DNA of 64,000 nucleotides from Candidatus Uhrbacteria bacterium (GTDB taxonomy: Bacteria; Patescibacteriota; Patescibacteriia; GWA2-47-26). The stretch spans positions 64,856 through 128,855 of the forward strand of contig JACPJN010000006.1 of the NCBI GenBank assembly GCA_016187515.1. Reading direction: 5' to 3'. The position numbers were made by a program, and so were the translations under genes. Positions 37,401-47,916 of this stretch are shown one piece after another (positions within the stretch are counted from its first letter, which is position 1; every line of letters begins with the position of its first letter). The notes under the pieces are model-generated. The model did not search any database. It was given only the letters and a program-made list of their open reading frames with translations, and had not been told where the DNA came from.

Positions 37401-40372
37401 TGAATGGCATCAACCATCAAACCCGGGGCCAAAGAATCCTGCGCGTGCGCGGGCATGATCAGGCGATCTAAAATGCTTCCACTGCCGGCGGCAATGGTCA
37501 GGTTATTAGGCACTTCAATCCATAATGTTGAAATTCTCAACTGCGCATCGTCTGCGGCAGTAAAGGGCAGCGCAAAACGGCAGGAAAACCGCTCATAGGA
37601 GCCGCTGGCGCGGATGTATTTGGTTATCGTGCTGTCGCCAACCACATCGCAATCACTCGGCTGGCCGCGCATACTTACGCCCGCTGCGTTCAGCCCGGCA
37701 AAAGTTATTTGCAATCGCGGGGGATTGGCCGGTAAATATGCGGTCTGGGGAGTCAATTTCGCGTACAAAGAAACTGTATAAGTTTTTCCGGGCGTTACAT
37801 TTATGGTTTGGTTCATCCGTAATGAGTGGTACGCCGTAACGGCAGGTTGTTGCGGTGAAACTCTGGTTCCCTTTTGGGTTGCCGCGCCTTTTCCCTGCGT
37901 ATCCCGCACAGTACGACCGCCAGTTCCTGCCGGAGATGTGCCGTCAGCACTACCGGAACGCGCATCCCCGGCCCTTATTCCGCTTGGCGCTCTTGGCGGC
38001 GCGGCTTCATCTTCGTCCGTTTCTTGATCTGAAGTGGAAGCGCCTATTCCGGTACCTCTAATACCGCCGGTCGCGCCCTCTTGCACGGCTGCCCCTGTCC
38101 CTGTGTCATCTTTATCGTCAGTTGGTGCAGTGCCTGTACTACCCAACGTAGTGCCGTGCGAACTTGCTATTGTATAATCCGGGATGGCCGCGCTTAGGTC
38201 TGATGAGCTGATAATCAACATTGCTCCTGCGCCATGATAAGCGTCCCCGACCCCGCGCAGGTAAGAGTTGTATGATGGTATTCTAACCCAACCATCCGGA
38301 AATCCGTTGCTATCCGCGTCGTTTTCAAACGATCCATTGTTTATCAAATTAATGGAGGATCCGACGTTGGCAATAAGCTCGGTACATCCTGCTGCGGACG
38401 AATCGCATGCTGGCGCGTCCTGATCCAGGTAAAGGCGCCCGGACACGCCAAGATCCCAGCGCCACTGCCCATCCGTACTACGGCTCTGCCTGGTTAAATA
38501 GCGCGTACATCCGGCGTTGGCGGCATTGCACACTCCAAAATCCACGGTATTTTCCAAAAGCGACACCTCTTGCGGCCGCGCCCCGCCCTCGCCAGTCCCG
38601 CCTTTGCGGAAAGTATCGCACGAGGCATACTGCTCACCGCAATGCTCGCCGCCCAAGCCCCAGATATTTTTCTCCCGCGTGCAGTATCCGGTGGCGCGGC
38701 AGCTGCCGTCTTGGTCAAGCGCTACACAGTGCCGCAAATCCGCGCAGCTCTCTTGCCGCCCGGCGCCCGACAAATCCACCCGCTCGCCCCAAACCAACGC
38801 GTTACACTTGGCTGCCGGAGCTTTAAGTATCCAGTTGGGATCCACTAAACCGCAAAATGGGGATTCATCATCAATGGTGCCATCCGGGCGTTTCCCGCAC
38901 ACTCCATCTGGCCCGGTTTTATTCCACCCGTCAACCACTTCGCGCAAAGTAAAAGTTTGCCCACTTCCGCGGATTTTAAGCGCGGCAAATTCCCAACCCA
39001 CCGGAATAACGCGCAAAAGACGCAATTTTTTCATTGATGAATAAGGGTAACCCTCGGCAACAGTGGGCTCAATGCCTTCTTCCGGATTGATAAATCCAAA
39101 CGGCTTGGCGCCATCCAGTAGTCCATTGCGCGGATCCATCGCCTGCGCCACCGTGAACGGCTGTCCATCCGGACCGCCTTGCAAGGCCAGCATAAACTTA
39201 TCGTCAATGGTGCAATTAAATTGACTGGCGACGCGGGGATTAGCCGGACAGGCATTCAGCTCGGTCAAATATTCAAACGTGCCTTGGGGAGTGCGTATTG
39301 CTCCCGCGGCGGAAATCAGCCCGATCGCGCTTGATGAAAGACCAGCCGTGCCTTCCTGGGTGGGATCGCGAAACGTTCCGCCGCCAACCAGCGACCGCAG
39401 GTCCGGCGGCTGAAACGGCGCGCCTGGCCCAAAAATACCCTGCAGAGCAAGTCGGAGCATTCGAGAAATCAAGGTGTTGGTAAAAGTAGCCAGAACAGTG
39501 GTCCCCACCGCGGCCCAAACCTGGCCGCTCCCTAACGTCGCTCCCACAATCGCACCTACCTCCGGGGTTTGGTTTTCTCCCTGTTCGGTAATGTTTTCAA
39601 AATTTTTCCTGATCACGACCGAGGGAGTAGTAATATTGCCGGAAATCGGACTGATCTGCGGGCGAATTCCTTGTCCTTCTTCGCGTTCTTTCTCGGCGGC
39701 CTTCTCATCTCTGGCGATTTTGATGCGAAATTGTTCATGCGCGAGAAATGCCTGGCCAAAGTCGGTTTGCTTAGTATCAAAACCTAACGACACGTGGCGC
39801 AGAAGAGCGTTGGGATCTTGTACTTCGCGCACTAAATTCTGCCAATTATTGATTGTGCCGACAAAATCGCAGCGCGGAGTAGGCGGCTGGATTTCGGAAA
39901 TTAGTCCCAGTTGGATAGCCAGCCCAATATCGGGAAGGCGCGGATTGCAAAGATCAAAGCCCAGCTCGGCCCAGGGCTCGGCCAGGGTCCCGATAAATTC
40001 GCCGGCCGCGGCATAGAGCTTGGAAGTCAGATAAGTGCCGAAGGAGTCGCGAAACGCGCAAGCATTCTGACCGCGGCAGCCCGAAGCCAGCCCCACGGCT
40101 AAATCATAGGCAATCTGCTGGCCAAACAGCGTAATCGCGTTAATCAGTCCGACCGTGGCAGAAGCAATAATCGCTTGGCCAAAACCTAGGCGCACCTCGC
40201 GCTGAACTTCGATTGTCTCCAGCGCCGGGGCGCTGACCACCAGTTGCGCGCGCGCGCCTTGTGGAGTTCCCAACGCGCTTACCGCAAACACAAACGTAAA
40301 ACAGAAAAGCACGACACTGCCAATAATTTTCTGCCGCTTGATTGAATTTCTTTCAGATCCGCTAGGCGCCAT
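31418..40372 (-). CDS. Giant (2984 aa) secreted Cys-rich surface protein with CBM-like domains and a Gly/Thr-rich linker; likely an adhesin.
   Basis: Signal peptide MAPSGSERNSIKRQKIIGSVVLFCFTFVFAVSALGTPQGARAQ. NGSFEND...GFPDGW and TVRWTRTDGG...SLRV segments typical of carbohydrate-binding modules. The C-terminus carries the module that is duplicated downstream. Confidence 0.7.
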   Translation of the reverse strand: MAPSGSERNSIKRQKIIGSVVLFCFTFVFAVSALGTPQGARAQLVVSAPALETIEVQREVRLGFGQAIIASATVGLINAITLFGQQIAYDLAVGLASGCRGQNACAFRDSFGTYLTSKLYAAAGEFIGTLAEPWAELGFDLCNPRLPDIGLAIQLGLISEIQPPTPRCDFVGTINNWQNLVREVQDPNALLRHVSLGFDTKQTDFGQAFLAHEQFRIKIARDEKAAEKEREEGQGIRPQISPISGNITTPSVVIRKNFENITEQGENQTPEVGAIVGATLGSGQVWAAVGTTVLATFTNTLISRMLRLALQGIFGPGAPFQPPDLRSLVGGGTFRDPTQEGTAGLSSSAIGLISAAGAIRTPQGTFEYLTELNACPANPRVASQFNCTIDDKFMLALQGGPDGQPFTVAQAMDPRNGLLDGAKPFGFINPEEGIEPTVAEGYPYSSMKKLRLLRVIPVGWEFAALKIRGSGQTFTLREVVDGWNKTGPDGVCGKRPDGTIDDESPFCGLVDPNWILKAPAAKCNALVWGERVDLSGAGRQESCADLRHCVALDQDGSCRATGYCTREKNIWGLGGEHCGEQYASCDTFRKGGTGEGGARPQEVSLLENTVDFGVCNAANAGCTRYLTRQSRSTDGQWRWDLGVSGRLYLDQDAPACDSSAAGCTELIANVGSSINLINNGSFENDADSNGFPDGWVRIPSYNSYLRGVGDAYHGAGAMLIISSSDLSAAIPDYTIASSHGTTLGSTGTAPTDDKDDTGTGAAVQEGATGGIRGTGIGASTSDQETDEDEAAPPRAPSGIRAGDARSGSADGTSPAGTGGRTVRDTQGKGAATQKGTRVSPQQPAVTAYHSLRMNQTINVTPGKTYTVSLYAKLTPQTAYLPANPPRLQITFAGLNAAGVSMRGQPSDCDVVGDSTITKYIRASGSYERFSCRFALPFTAADDAQLRISTLWIEVPNNLTIAAGSGSILDRLIMPAHAQDSLAPGLMVDAIQLEEGFAPTDYHDGHAYVGAQQNVYYRLPPDYLGCTGESTDVPECGQYAGMCRPEEASCERYTPTLGGDPIPGIKTALDECPQSCVGYDTYIKQSSRFEPAFTRQELGEEGRGGLWPAGRAEEQMYRIIPSRTAKCTAPEAGCDEFTNLRTEAREYYTDLRACQTPVPGDDSKTYFTWEGSDERGYQLRSFNLKSSNIFYTTDSEDLAVEHNRDRAVPPCTNYAVSVERATQAITVTCEDREENQAVCNSADPDLSLEERADCRAFYDENGNIFHRRISQTILSTPECQVYRWTGFTTDRLPEVPALAGESAGALRSTLERLACEDSHGFWNTATLQCVYLGAPSASKSCRPQVSGCRGFKGDTAGNVRMLFNDTFPAGDDATVRWTRTDGGRAELSAEALRVGDKSLRVRGAAHDSTLSRALEGAGLEGGATYFVSMVVKGSINSSVDVALNGGNFGNLRLTPDWQFFDLGPVVLADVPAALTFKNVSGNAITYFIDEVRLRAVSDTLYLVKHTWDIPAACDELPAAVGGGPLRGAMLGCNSYTDRAGGASYLRSFSRLCRDESVGCSRLIDTRLTVSPFEETFNTGASAPDSEDDVTVDADRLRYVVINPEVRPDIVCKAEQKGCQALGVNAGETAAVYRRNDPTRYGSDLCAVEATGCAAWSRSNGSESYFKDPEVAGGGFCEWRENVRIGLGSFSGWFKKEKQRVSTSFLTPPTKSQCEGYGTWNQSIKKCIDAEGRRVDIFSGGYGIDNCDSCDQGGANPPCSVCQQKCTAGIGGQWQATSSTEGICVADTPCYGGVSPFTRFNFLEPIDDYLTGGSTFGIWRNADAGYAAGRRVGLCPKAESTCAEFVDPTDTAPEHPDGKPYYRKDNERLAVARSECRGLVSRKEGCVLFDNTENPAELWSAQATYDESERQGGAVVPPVTESGRRDRRCRGGTHNSKWCLPTTGGIVLADRNLDIGEAVCVEGGGICEPINNVNTLLKVARDRECAEWLQCTRAQLVWSPEDQKIKTACLGIGRCAKIPLPAASGGPTLQNCGGWIINPEPAVCVVGIDRTKACAPHPYAEDQITPSECIARGGICESQTLNSEIYRKRDRSFFGAEYAGYAIPNLYPLEKLREIDVSSPEFQGRNYYLAFTPPTPAEAAPILLQQPLCRGFPEVNSPFPKSGVVGERTGTINSPAFSNAPKCVTPFAEIDDGIRVCGCDYKKAEYGIGNVRYYPITRETTPGNLDNRDDGPIRTADLIVRGWQGYCLEQDTAPYSRIYNDPDRSACLTWWPVDQLAAAVDINNQFAQAGYQIPPVGGQYWCLASDEPVREIRFPEILGANGFRIRAGADDQGRRRSGGDEAVIRTFEVPLDYDIRKYDIKGVIVEIAGVAGEPWKASALNGNYYLEANNNDAVNDSRLLGDVDDGIHYLSWNTLAEVDEDWWWWASDDNCNDTGVGRGCGMSSTALRGLAEALRDYSVNIPEHIIHCTDIVGRDLPASAYDAAAVLLRFDDNQRLEYIRLAVCTNEHSAEVYFDVKVRLNPQCTDITKVDPLRSAPWTDRLWPSTTHVVENYGLDYNYNTGLPPFGSSSAQDDPPTSGNNNPWFLNWNRMEASDSIRDLSEFAGWPFSCAESIAPFSTLNNNHTSSYSLQASTCVGGADDGHTCVSERIPLGTSYNVESSACSSSASDGITAEFTPNRPGGVTGTCRTYGNARRLCELRGGTCGGGHSIHKCAVNSSIPNPGTGSRITAGPEEPLTDADPSNAARAEADIQQLFARSFKGFSWGPVNSDTKPHRGRYSQFDAVETGIGVVGAWDARMQGRLRTPEVSDVRIIAEGGQYIEGDIISRRGSLLTTLQFYGVADKDHMPIGRVSIDWDDDQQITRLDGLFQNHAPLCDGTNFGLQENVSCIGQPFQFETLYTCERGVGPNWVDTCPASGVRGGCCVFRPAVQIKDNWGYCNGICGGIDGAVNGSCIDSACNHPWNPDRPASQSPGGWTVFDGRIIVAP

Positions 40373-40386
40373 AGGTCCTATTGGTC

Positions 40387-41208
40387 TTATCTTTGCAAAT
40401 CTTTTAGCGCGTCTTTATATAAGCCAATCAACTGCTCATCATTAAATTTTTCCAGTACGGATTTTTCAATCCCGGAACCGGAAAGCAGCTCGCGGATCTG
40501 GGCAGCCGTCGGATTCTCCGGCAACTGCCCGGCTTTCCCCTCACCCGACCCCGCTCCCCGCACTATCCCCCTCTCCGCCCCCGGCTTTCCTCCCCCTTCC
40601 GGGGGGAGGATTAAGGTGGGGGGCGGGGGTGAGGGGTTCCGCGCGGACTCTTGAAAAATTTTCACCAGCGCCTTATCGTCAAACTGTCCTAAAATCTCCT
40701 CTGCAATTCCCGCCTGACGCAAAAAATTCCGAATCGCGGGCGCGTCCGTCACGCCCGGAATTCCGCTTTCGGCCAGTTTCGCGGCGAGCGTTGATTCGTA
40801 AAGACTCTTGGCAATCCGCTCTTGCTCCACTTCGCGAGCGGAAGGAAAACGGAACGCTTGGCAGTCCGTGCCGCGGGGACAATTCGGATCTTCCCCGGCG
40901 TCCAGCTCTTCTTTATCCGAGAACCCGTCCGAGTCGGTATCCGGCAGGTACGGACTGGTTCCGTACACTTCCCGTTCCCGAATATCCGGAATTCCGTCTT
41001 GATCGGTGTCTTTGGTCGCACCTTCCAGCTCATTCTCAAAATCTCCGGAAAATGCCAAGGGATTGGCCGCGCCAGGAGGGGGTAAGTTAAAAGGGGCTCG
41101 CAGACGATCCGGAAAAGTATGAAACGCCAAGGCAAAGCTGCCAATGCCCAGCAAAAAAAGGGCTAAAAATCCAAAAACTATAGCGCGTGGCGCCCGGTCC
41201 TCGTTCAT
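40387..41208 (-). CDS. Membrane-anchored protein with thrombospondin-type-3-like Ca-binding repeats (DTDQDGIPD / DTDSDGFSD) and an in-frame GC-palindrome insertion.
   Basis: N-terminal TM; lies 15 nt upstream of the giant gene, so probably in the same operon. Confidence 0.5.
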   Translation of the reverse strand: MNEDRAPRAIVFGFLALFLLGIGSFALAFHTFPDRLRAPFNLPPPGAANPLAFSGDFENELEGATKDTDQDGIPDIREREVYGTSPYLPDTDSDGFSDKEELDAGEDPNCPRGTDCQAFRFPSAREVEQERIAKSLYESTLAAKLAESGIPGVTDAPAIRNFLRQAGIAEEILGQFDDKALVKIFQESARNPSPPPPTLILPPEGGGKPGAERGIVRGAGSGEGKAGQLPENPTAAQIRELLSGSGIEKSVLEKFNDEQLIGLYKDALKDLQR

Positions 41209-41244
41209 ATATACCCAATAATTTACCGCTCTCCAATCATTATA

Positions 41245-42201
41245 TCAAATAATCCGCGCCAGAGCAATCCAATCTTCTACCGCCAGGTCTTGCGCGCGTA
41301 TTTTCGGATCAATTCCGACTTTACTCAAGGACGTAAGCGCCCTTTGCCGTGAAATATGTAAACCCCTTAAAAGGTTATTCTGGAGTTGCTTGCGTTTACC
41401 GGAAAACCCGGCCCGCACCACCTCAAACAACCGCTTCGTCTCAACAGCTGTGAACTGTGAACTGACGTCTGTGAACTCGATACGAAGTATCGCGCTCTCC
41501 ACCTTGGGCTGGGGCCAAAAGCAGCCGCGCGGCACTTTGGCAACTATTTCCGGTTTTCCGTAAAACTGCACCGCTACGGAAAGGATGGACATATTCCCGC
41601 CTCCCCCTCTCCCCTTGGGAGAGGGCCGGGGTGAGGGTTTGGCGCACACCCGCTGCGCCACTTCTTTCTGCACCAGCACGACAATCAGTGACGGCCGCGG
41701 CTCTTCCTCGGTAAATTTCCGCAGCGCGGCGGAGGTAATGGAGTAGGGTAAAGAGGCAACGAGTTTGTAGGGTTTCATAACTCCCCTCGCCCCTCTTATC
41801 TTAAGAGGGGGTTCCGATCGATCTCCCTCCCTTAAGTTAAGGGAGGGTTGGGGAGAGTTATGCAATAATTCCACAAGACGCTCATTGTCAATCTTCAAAA
41901 TATCGCCGTTAATAATTTCTACATTTTGATATGACTCCAGCTGTTCCTTGGCCGCCTCGTAAAGCTTCTGATCAATTTCAACCGCCAGCACTTGACCCGC
42001 GCGCTCCGTAAGCTCCCTCGTCAGCGCTCCCAACCCGGGCCCAATTTCTACCACTCGGTCCTCTTTAGTAAGTTCGGCGGCCTGGCACATCTTCTCCGCC
42101 ACCCAGTCCGCGATTAAAAAATTCTGCCCATATTTCTTTGACGGATAAATACCATATCGGCTGCAAAGTTGTTTTACAGTTTGTAAAGCACTCACATCCA
42201 T
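41245..42201 (-). CDS. rsmA: 16S rRNA (adenine1518/1519-N6)-dimethyltransferase RsmA/KsgA, with two in-frame GC-palindrome insertions.
   Basis: YGQNFLIAD...VVEIGPGLGALT...; insertions encode PSLNLREGDRSEPPLKIRGARGV and PSPRPSPKGRGGGGN. Confidence 0.85.
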   Translation of the reverse strand: MDVSALQTVKQLCSRYGIYPSKKYGQNFLIADWVAEKMCQAAELTKEDRVVEIGPGLGALTRELTERAGQVLAVEIDQKLYEAAKEQLESYQNVEIINGDILKIDNERLVELLHNSPQPSLNLREGDRSEPPLKIRGARGVMKPYKLVASLPYSITSAALRKFTEEEPRPSLIVVLVQKEVAQRVCAKPSPRPSPKGRGGGGNMSILSVAVQFYGKPEIVAKVPRGCFWPQPKVESAILRIEFTDVSSQFTAVETKRLFEVVRAGFSGKRKQLQNNLLRGLHISRQRALTSLSKVGIDPKIRAQDLAVEDWIALARII

Positions 42202-42305
42202 GGCCGAAACTCTAAATTCTAAACTCTAAATCCTAAACAAATCACAAATCCCAAACGTTTTGAATTTTGAAAATTAGAATTTGTTTAGAGTTTAGAAATT
42301 ATGAT

Positions 42306-43389
42306 TTAGGATTTCTTCGCCTTTAGGCGCAGATAACTTTCCACAAACTCCTCCAATTTTCCATCCAACACGGAGTCCGTATCCGCGGTTTCAAACTTAG
42401 TGCGCAAATCTTTCACCATCTGGTAGGGATGGAGCACATAGGAACGGATCTGATTGCCCCAAGCCGCTTCTTTATATTCTCCGCGGACTTTTTTAAGCTC
42501 TTTTTCCTGAACCTCTTCGGCCATTAGATGTAATTTCCCGCGCAGAACTTTCATCGCGGTTTCTTTATTCTGCTGCTGACTGCGCTCATTCTGACAAGTT
42601 ACCACGATCCCGGTTGGCAGATGCGTAATGCGCACCGCGCTATAGGTCGTCTGCACGCTCTGGCCGCCATGACCCGAAGAAAGATAGGTGTCAATGCGCA
42701 AGTCCTTGGGATCAATCGTAACCGCGACTTCTTCAAGTACCGGTAAAACTTCCACCAGAGCAAAAGAAGTGTGCCGCATTTTTTCCGCGTCAAATGGGCT
42801 GATGCGCACCAGCCGATGCACCCCGCGTTCGGATTTAAGCCAGCCATAGCCGTACGGGCCGCTGATCTCCAAAACCGCGGACTTAATCCCGGCCTCGCCG
42901 CCGCGCGATTCATCCACCATCCGCGCGGAAAGTCCTTTTCGTTCACAAAATCTTAAATACATCCGCAAAAGCATTTCCGCCCAGTCCTGCGCTTCAGTCC
43001 CGCCCACTCCGGCATGGATTGCCAAAATGCAATCGCTCTGGTCATAGGCGCCGGAAAACAAAACAAAAAACTCCAACTCTTCGAATTTTTTCTGGAGTGC
43101 TTCGTACTCGGTGGCCAGGCCGCTATCATCTACGCCCTGGCCAGAAACAATTCCGGCCAGCGCGGCTAGATCATCCTTTAGTCCCTGCCACTGCTTAATT
43201 TCACCAACCAGCTCTTCGCGCCGTTTGGATTTCTTTTTGGCCGCCTCTGGATTAGACCAAAAATCGGGCCGCGACATCTCGGCCTCGATTGTAATTATCT
43301 CTTGCTTCGCGGTATCTAGGTCAAAGCAGCCTCCAGGTCTGCTCGACCCTGGAGGCAAGGGAGGTTAAATTTTTGAGGAGTTCTTTCAT
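42306..43389 (-). CDS. prfB: Peptide chain release factor 2, requiring a programmed +1 frameshift at CUU UGA C (~43320..43326).
   Basis: Frame 0 reads MKELLKNLTSLASRVEQTWRLL* with an SD-like GGAGG 3 nt before CTT TGA C. The +1 frame continues DLDTAKQEI... and carries the SPF and GGQ motifs. Confidence 0.85.
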
Positions 43390-43475
43390 ATTTTGATTGA
43401 GTAAATCAAGCGAGACAAGTAAATTAGGTAAATCAGGGATTTGATTTACTTGCTTTACCTGCTTTACTTGATTTA

Positions 43476-43832
43476 CTACAATTTGATTTGCTTCGCGTAC
43501 TTCCCCAATACCGGCATTTCCCAATACTTTCCCTGGAGCGCCTCCCGAATCCCGGTAACCGCGAGCGTCAGCAAGCCAATCGTCCCAAAAAATCCAATCA
43601 CCCAGCCAACGAGCGGTACCCAGGCGACCAACCACACGATAAATGAAGCAATCGTCAGCACCAGGCCTTGTTTTCCATGATGTTGCGCAAACTCGCTGTC
43701 CCGCTTTCCCAATAGCGGCAGCAAACACAAAATCCAGATATATCCAATGGCGGCCAGCACCCGCGTGTCCTTACTCCGCTCCGCGCCCGCGCTGGATGCG
43801 GACGCTGATTCTTGAGTTTTTGATTTAGGCAT
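43476..43832 (-). CDS. DUF4870-like small membrane protein.
   Basis: AIGYIWILCLLPLLGKRDSEFAQHHGKQGLVL followed by two TM helices. Confidence 0.45.
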   Translation of the reverse strand: MPKSKTQESASASSAGAERSKDTRVLAAIGYIWILCLLPLLGKRDSEFAQHHGKQGLVLTIASFIVWLVAWVPLVGWVIGFFGTIGLLTLAVTGIREALQGKYWEMPVLGKYAKQIKL

Positions 43833-43915
43833 AGAAGTTGAGTTATTAGTTATTAGGTTATTAGATTATTGACTATTTTCATGAGCTCAGTTAAAGGACT
43901 ATTGAAATTGTACCA

Positions 43916-43950
43916 TAAAAAGAAAAAGGGGGCAACCTGATAGTCGCCCC
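43916..43950 (-). terminator. Intrinsic terminator (ggggcgactatcaggttgcccc + uuuuuucuuuuu).
   Basis: Lies directly after the stop at 43969. Confidence 0.55.
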
Positions 43951-43968
43951 AGCGGCTTAGGAAACCGC

Positions 43969-44451
43969 TTACCTCCCGAGCCGATAACTCTTCACGGCCG
44001 GATCACCTTCCCCTGGCTCTGCGGAAGGCACCCACTCATCAGTGGAAGTACATCTGTATCGTACATGCCACTCATCTTTTCGCGGATATGCATCCGTGAT
44101 ATCCGCAGATCCACCGGGGAAAACCCAGAGCCGAAGACCGGTGCTGATGAGTCCTCCGCGCTCCCGCGCCTTTTGTTTCCAGTGAGCCAACGAGCGTCCC
44201 AGCTCTGCGAGCTGGGCTCGTGCCTCTGCTGCCTCACGCTCGGTCTTCTCCGCCCGCGCCTGGGCCTCTTGGAGCTTGGCACTGAGTGTATGGGATGCGG
44301 CGGCAGTATTGAGGAACAGCATAAGGGTCATAAGAAGAACGAGCATCGCTCCCAGAAACAACACGATCACGGTGATGGTCGAGCCCCCGAGGATGTCGGA
44401 CTGCGCCTCGCCATGGCCGACCCTCGTGTGGAGGTTAAGCTGGTCGGTCAT
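43969..44451 (-). CDS. Membrane-anchored coiled-coil protein; possible partner of the MotA/ExbB-like protein.
   Basis: One TM, then a coiled-coil region. It overlaps the upstream gene by 4 nt. GC is about 58%. Confidence 0.4.
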   Translation of the reverse strand: MTDQLNLHTRVGHGEAQSDILGGSTITVIVLFLGAMLVLLMTLMLFLNTAAASHTLSAKLQEAQARAEKTEREAAEARAQLAELGRSLAHWKQKARERGGLISTGLRLWVFPGGSADITDAYPRKDEWHVRYRCTSTDEWVPSAEPGEGDPAVKSYRLGR

Positions 44452-45401
44452 GGCGTACCTCCATCTTCTTTCGCATCGCCTTTTGTCGGAGATGCATCAA
44501 GGAGGCGAACTTCGACGCCCCCTGCTACGTAGTTGACGGCAAACGCGACCCCTCCTCTGACTTGCAATCCCTTCGCCGTGGCTCGCACAACCTCAACCGC
44601 AGTGCGGAGCGATCCTGCCGCCTCCTCTAGGGGCCCGCGTAGCTCTCCGAAGTCAGCGATCCTCAAGATCGCCTGCACACGTGAGGGAAGCGTCATCCTA
44701 GCAAGAATCTCATCCCGGAGCCATACCTCCACCTCGCTGATGCTGGTCAACTCCTGGACCATGCGGCGATCGAGCCACCCTCCGATGTACGCCTTTGCGC
44801 CCCAGCCCAGGATGCTCGTGAAGAATGCTGTAGAGACCGTGATCAAATCGATGCGCCGCAGGTTCTCTGCGATCTGTGAGACGAACCCTATTGCATCGAA
44901 GTGATCCCCATCGATCGAAGGGAAATTGAAGAGTACAGTCGCCTGGGCCATGAAGGCAACGAGCCCGATAAGGGTTCCGATGATACCTTCGAACCCGATC
45001 ACATTGACTTCGCTTGCAGTGCGCGAGTACCGCTCATTTATACTGCGTCGCATAGCAGCTAGCTTCCCGGCGACGAACTCATAAATGGCGGTCTCGTCAG
45101 CGGCATGGGCGATCTTCGTGCACACCGTCTGGACGAGCTGCACTACCGGATCATTCTTGTCTACCTTGGTCTCATCTTCGAGAGTGGGAAGGTGCTCTCG
45201 ATCCACGGTATCGGGAATCGCCATTTTCGGGCGACCGTAGAGCTTCTGATCCGGCATCTTGAATAACAGGATGAGCCAGATCTTAATGCCCATGTAGGCC
45301 ATGAAGGCCCAGGCCAGGAAGTTCAGCGTGACGATTGGATCACGGCTTGCGATGTACTGCCCCACCGTGCCGCAGAGAACGAGTGCGAGCAACCAACCCA
45401 T
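44448..45401 (-). CDS. MotA/TolQ/ExbB-family proton-channel-like membrane protein.
   Basis: GIIGTLIGLVAFMAQATV...ITVSTAFFTSILGWGAKAY resembles the MotA_ExbB TM3-4 region. A promoter TTGACA-N17-TATGGT lies at 45521..45549. Confidence 0.4.
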   Translation of the reverse strand: MGWLLALVLCGTVGQYIASRDPIVTLNFLAWAFMAYMGIKIWLILLFKMPDQKLYGRPKMAIPDTVDREHLPTLEDETKVDKNDPVVQLVQTVCTKIAHAADETAIYEFVAGKLAAMRRSINERYSRTASEVNVIGFEGIIGTLIGLVAFMAQATVLFNFPSIDGDHFDAIGFVSQIAENLRRIDLITVSTAFFTSILGWGAKAYIGGWLDRRMVQELTSISEVEVWLRDEILARMTLPSRVQAILRIADFGELRGPLEEAAGSLRTAVEVVRATAKGLQVRGGVAFAVNYVAGGVEVRLLDASPTKGDAKEDGGTP

Positions 45402-45648
45402 GGTGGCCCTCCTATTTTTTGGCTTGATTCCTCTTTATTTTTTATAAGAACTAAACGTAGTAGTAGAACGATCGAGACCCAGCACTCCATAGATCCACAA
45501 CCACAGGTCACGATCGCCCCACCATACCACTGCATCCTCGTCTTGTCAAGTTGACTGCATATACCAAGAGAACAAGGATTGTCTTAAAACAAAAAACCAC
45601 TTTTGTGGGGTTTCCTACCCGGGATCCGAGATCCGATATGCTACCTTG

Positions 45649-45689
45649 TGAAAACCTAAAAGGACAGTCCTTGGCAAGGACTGTCCTTT
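45649..45689 (-). terminator. Intrinsic terminator after groEL.
   Basis: aaaggacagtcctt-ggca-aggactgtccttt + uuuuagguuuuc. Confidence 0.55.
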
Positions 45690-45721
45690 CTTAATCCGCG
45701 ATCCGCGGCCATCTGTCTTAA

Positions 45722-47487
<1,766 letters not shown>

Positions 47488-47497
<10 letters not shown>

Positions 47498-47769
47498 ATT
47501 CCCATTATGTCACTTTCCTCCAACACCAAATATTCTTTTCCTTCGACCTTGATTTCGTCCGGACTGTACTTTTTAAACATGACCGTATCGCCGACTTTGA
47601 CCTCGAGCGGCGCGCGCTGGCCATTGTCCATAAGTTTGCCCGGCCCGCAGGCAATAATTTTCCCTTTCTCGGCCTTTTCTTTGTCCGCCGTCTCCGGCAG
47701 AATAATCCCTCCCTTGACCTCTTCTTTAAGAGGTTCGACTACCACGCGGTTGCCCAGTGGTTTAAGCAT
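47488..47769 (-). CDS. groS: Co-chaperonin GroES.
   Basis: MLKPLGNRVVV...GKIIACGPG... Confidence 0.9.
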
Positions 47770-47770
47770 A

Positions 47771-47870
47771 TAAACGCTGAATTTATGCGGAACTTGAGCA
47801 GAACATATACGGAAATTCCGCGTAGGTTCCGTTTATAGTTCAGTGTAAGTTCCGTCGTTATTTATAAGAG
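47771..47870 (-). promoter_or_regulatory. Copy of the 90-bp CGGAAC/GTTCCG element directly upstream of the groES ATG.
   Basis: Aligns with 52401..52500, including the start-proximal ccgcATAA(A/G)TTC. Confidence 0.45.
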
Positions 47871-47871
47871 A

Positions 47872-47898
47872 TTAGCACTTAGTAAAAGAGAGTGCTAA
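47872..47898. promoter_or_regulatory. CIRCE operator (HrcA binding site).
   Basis: TTAGCACTT-agtaaaaga-GAGTGCTAA. Confidence 0.8.
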
Positions 47899-47916
47899 CC
47901 GACTGGCCCTATCTTG

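Noticed and set aside
43321-43728. Minus ORF 43321..43728 overlapping the prfB 5' end
   Set aside because: It is the out-of-frame read-through across the programmed frameshift site. The real N-terminus is MKELLKNLTSLASRVEQTWRLL, from the ATG at 43389.
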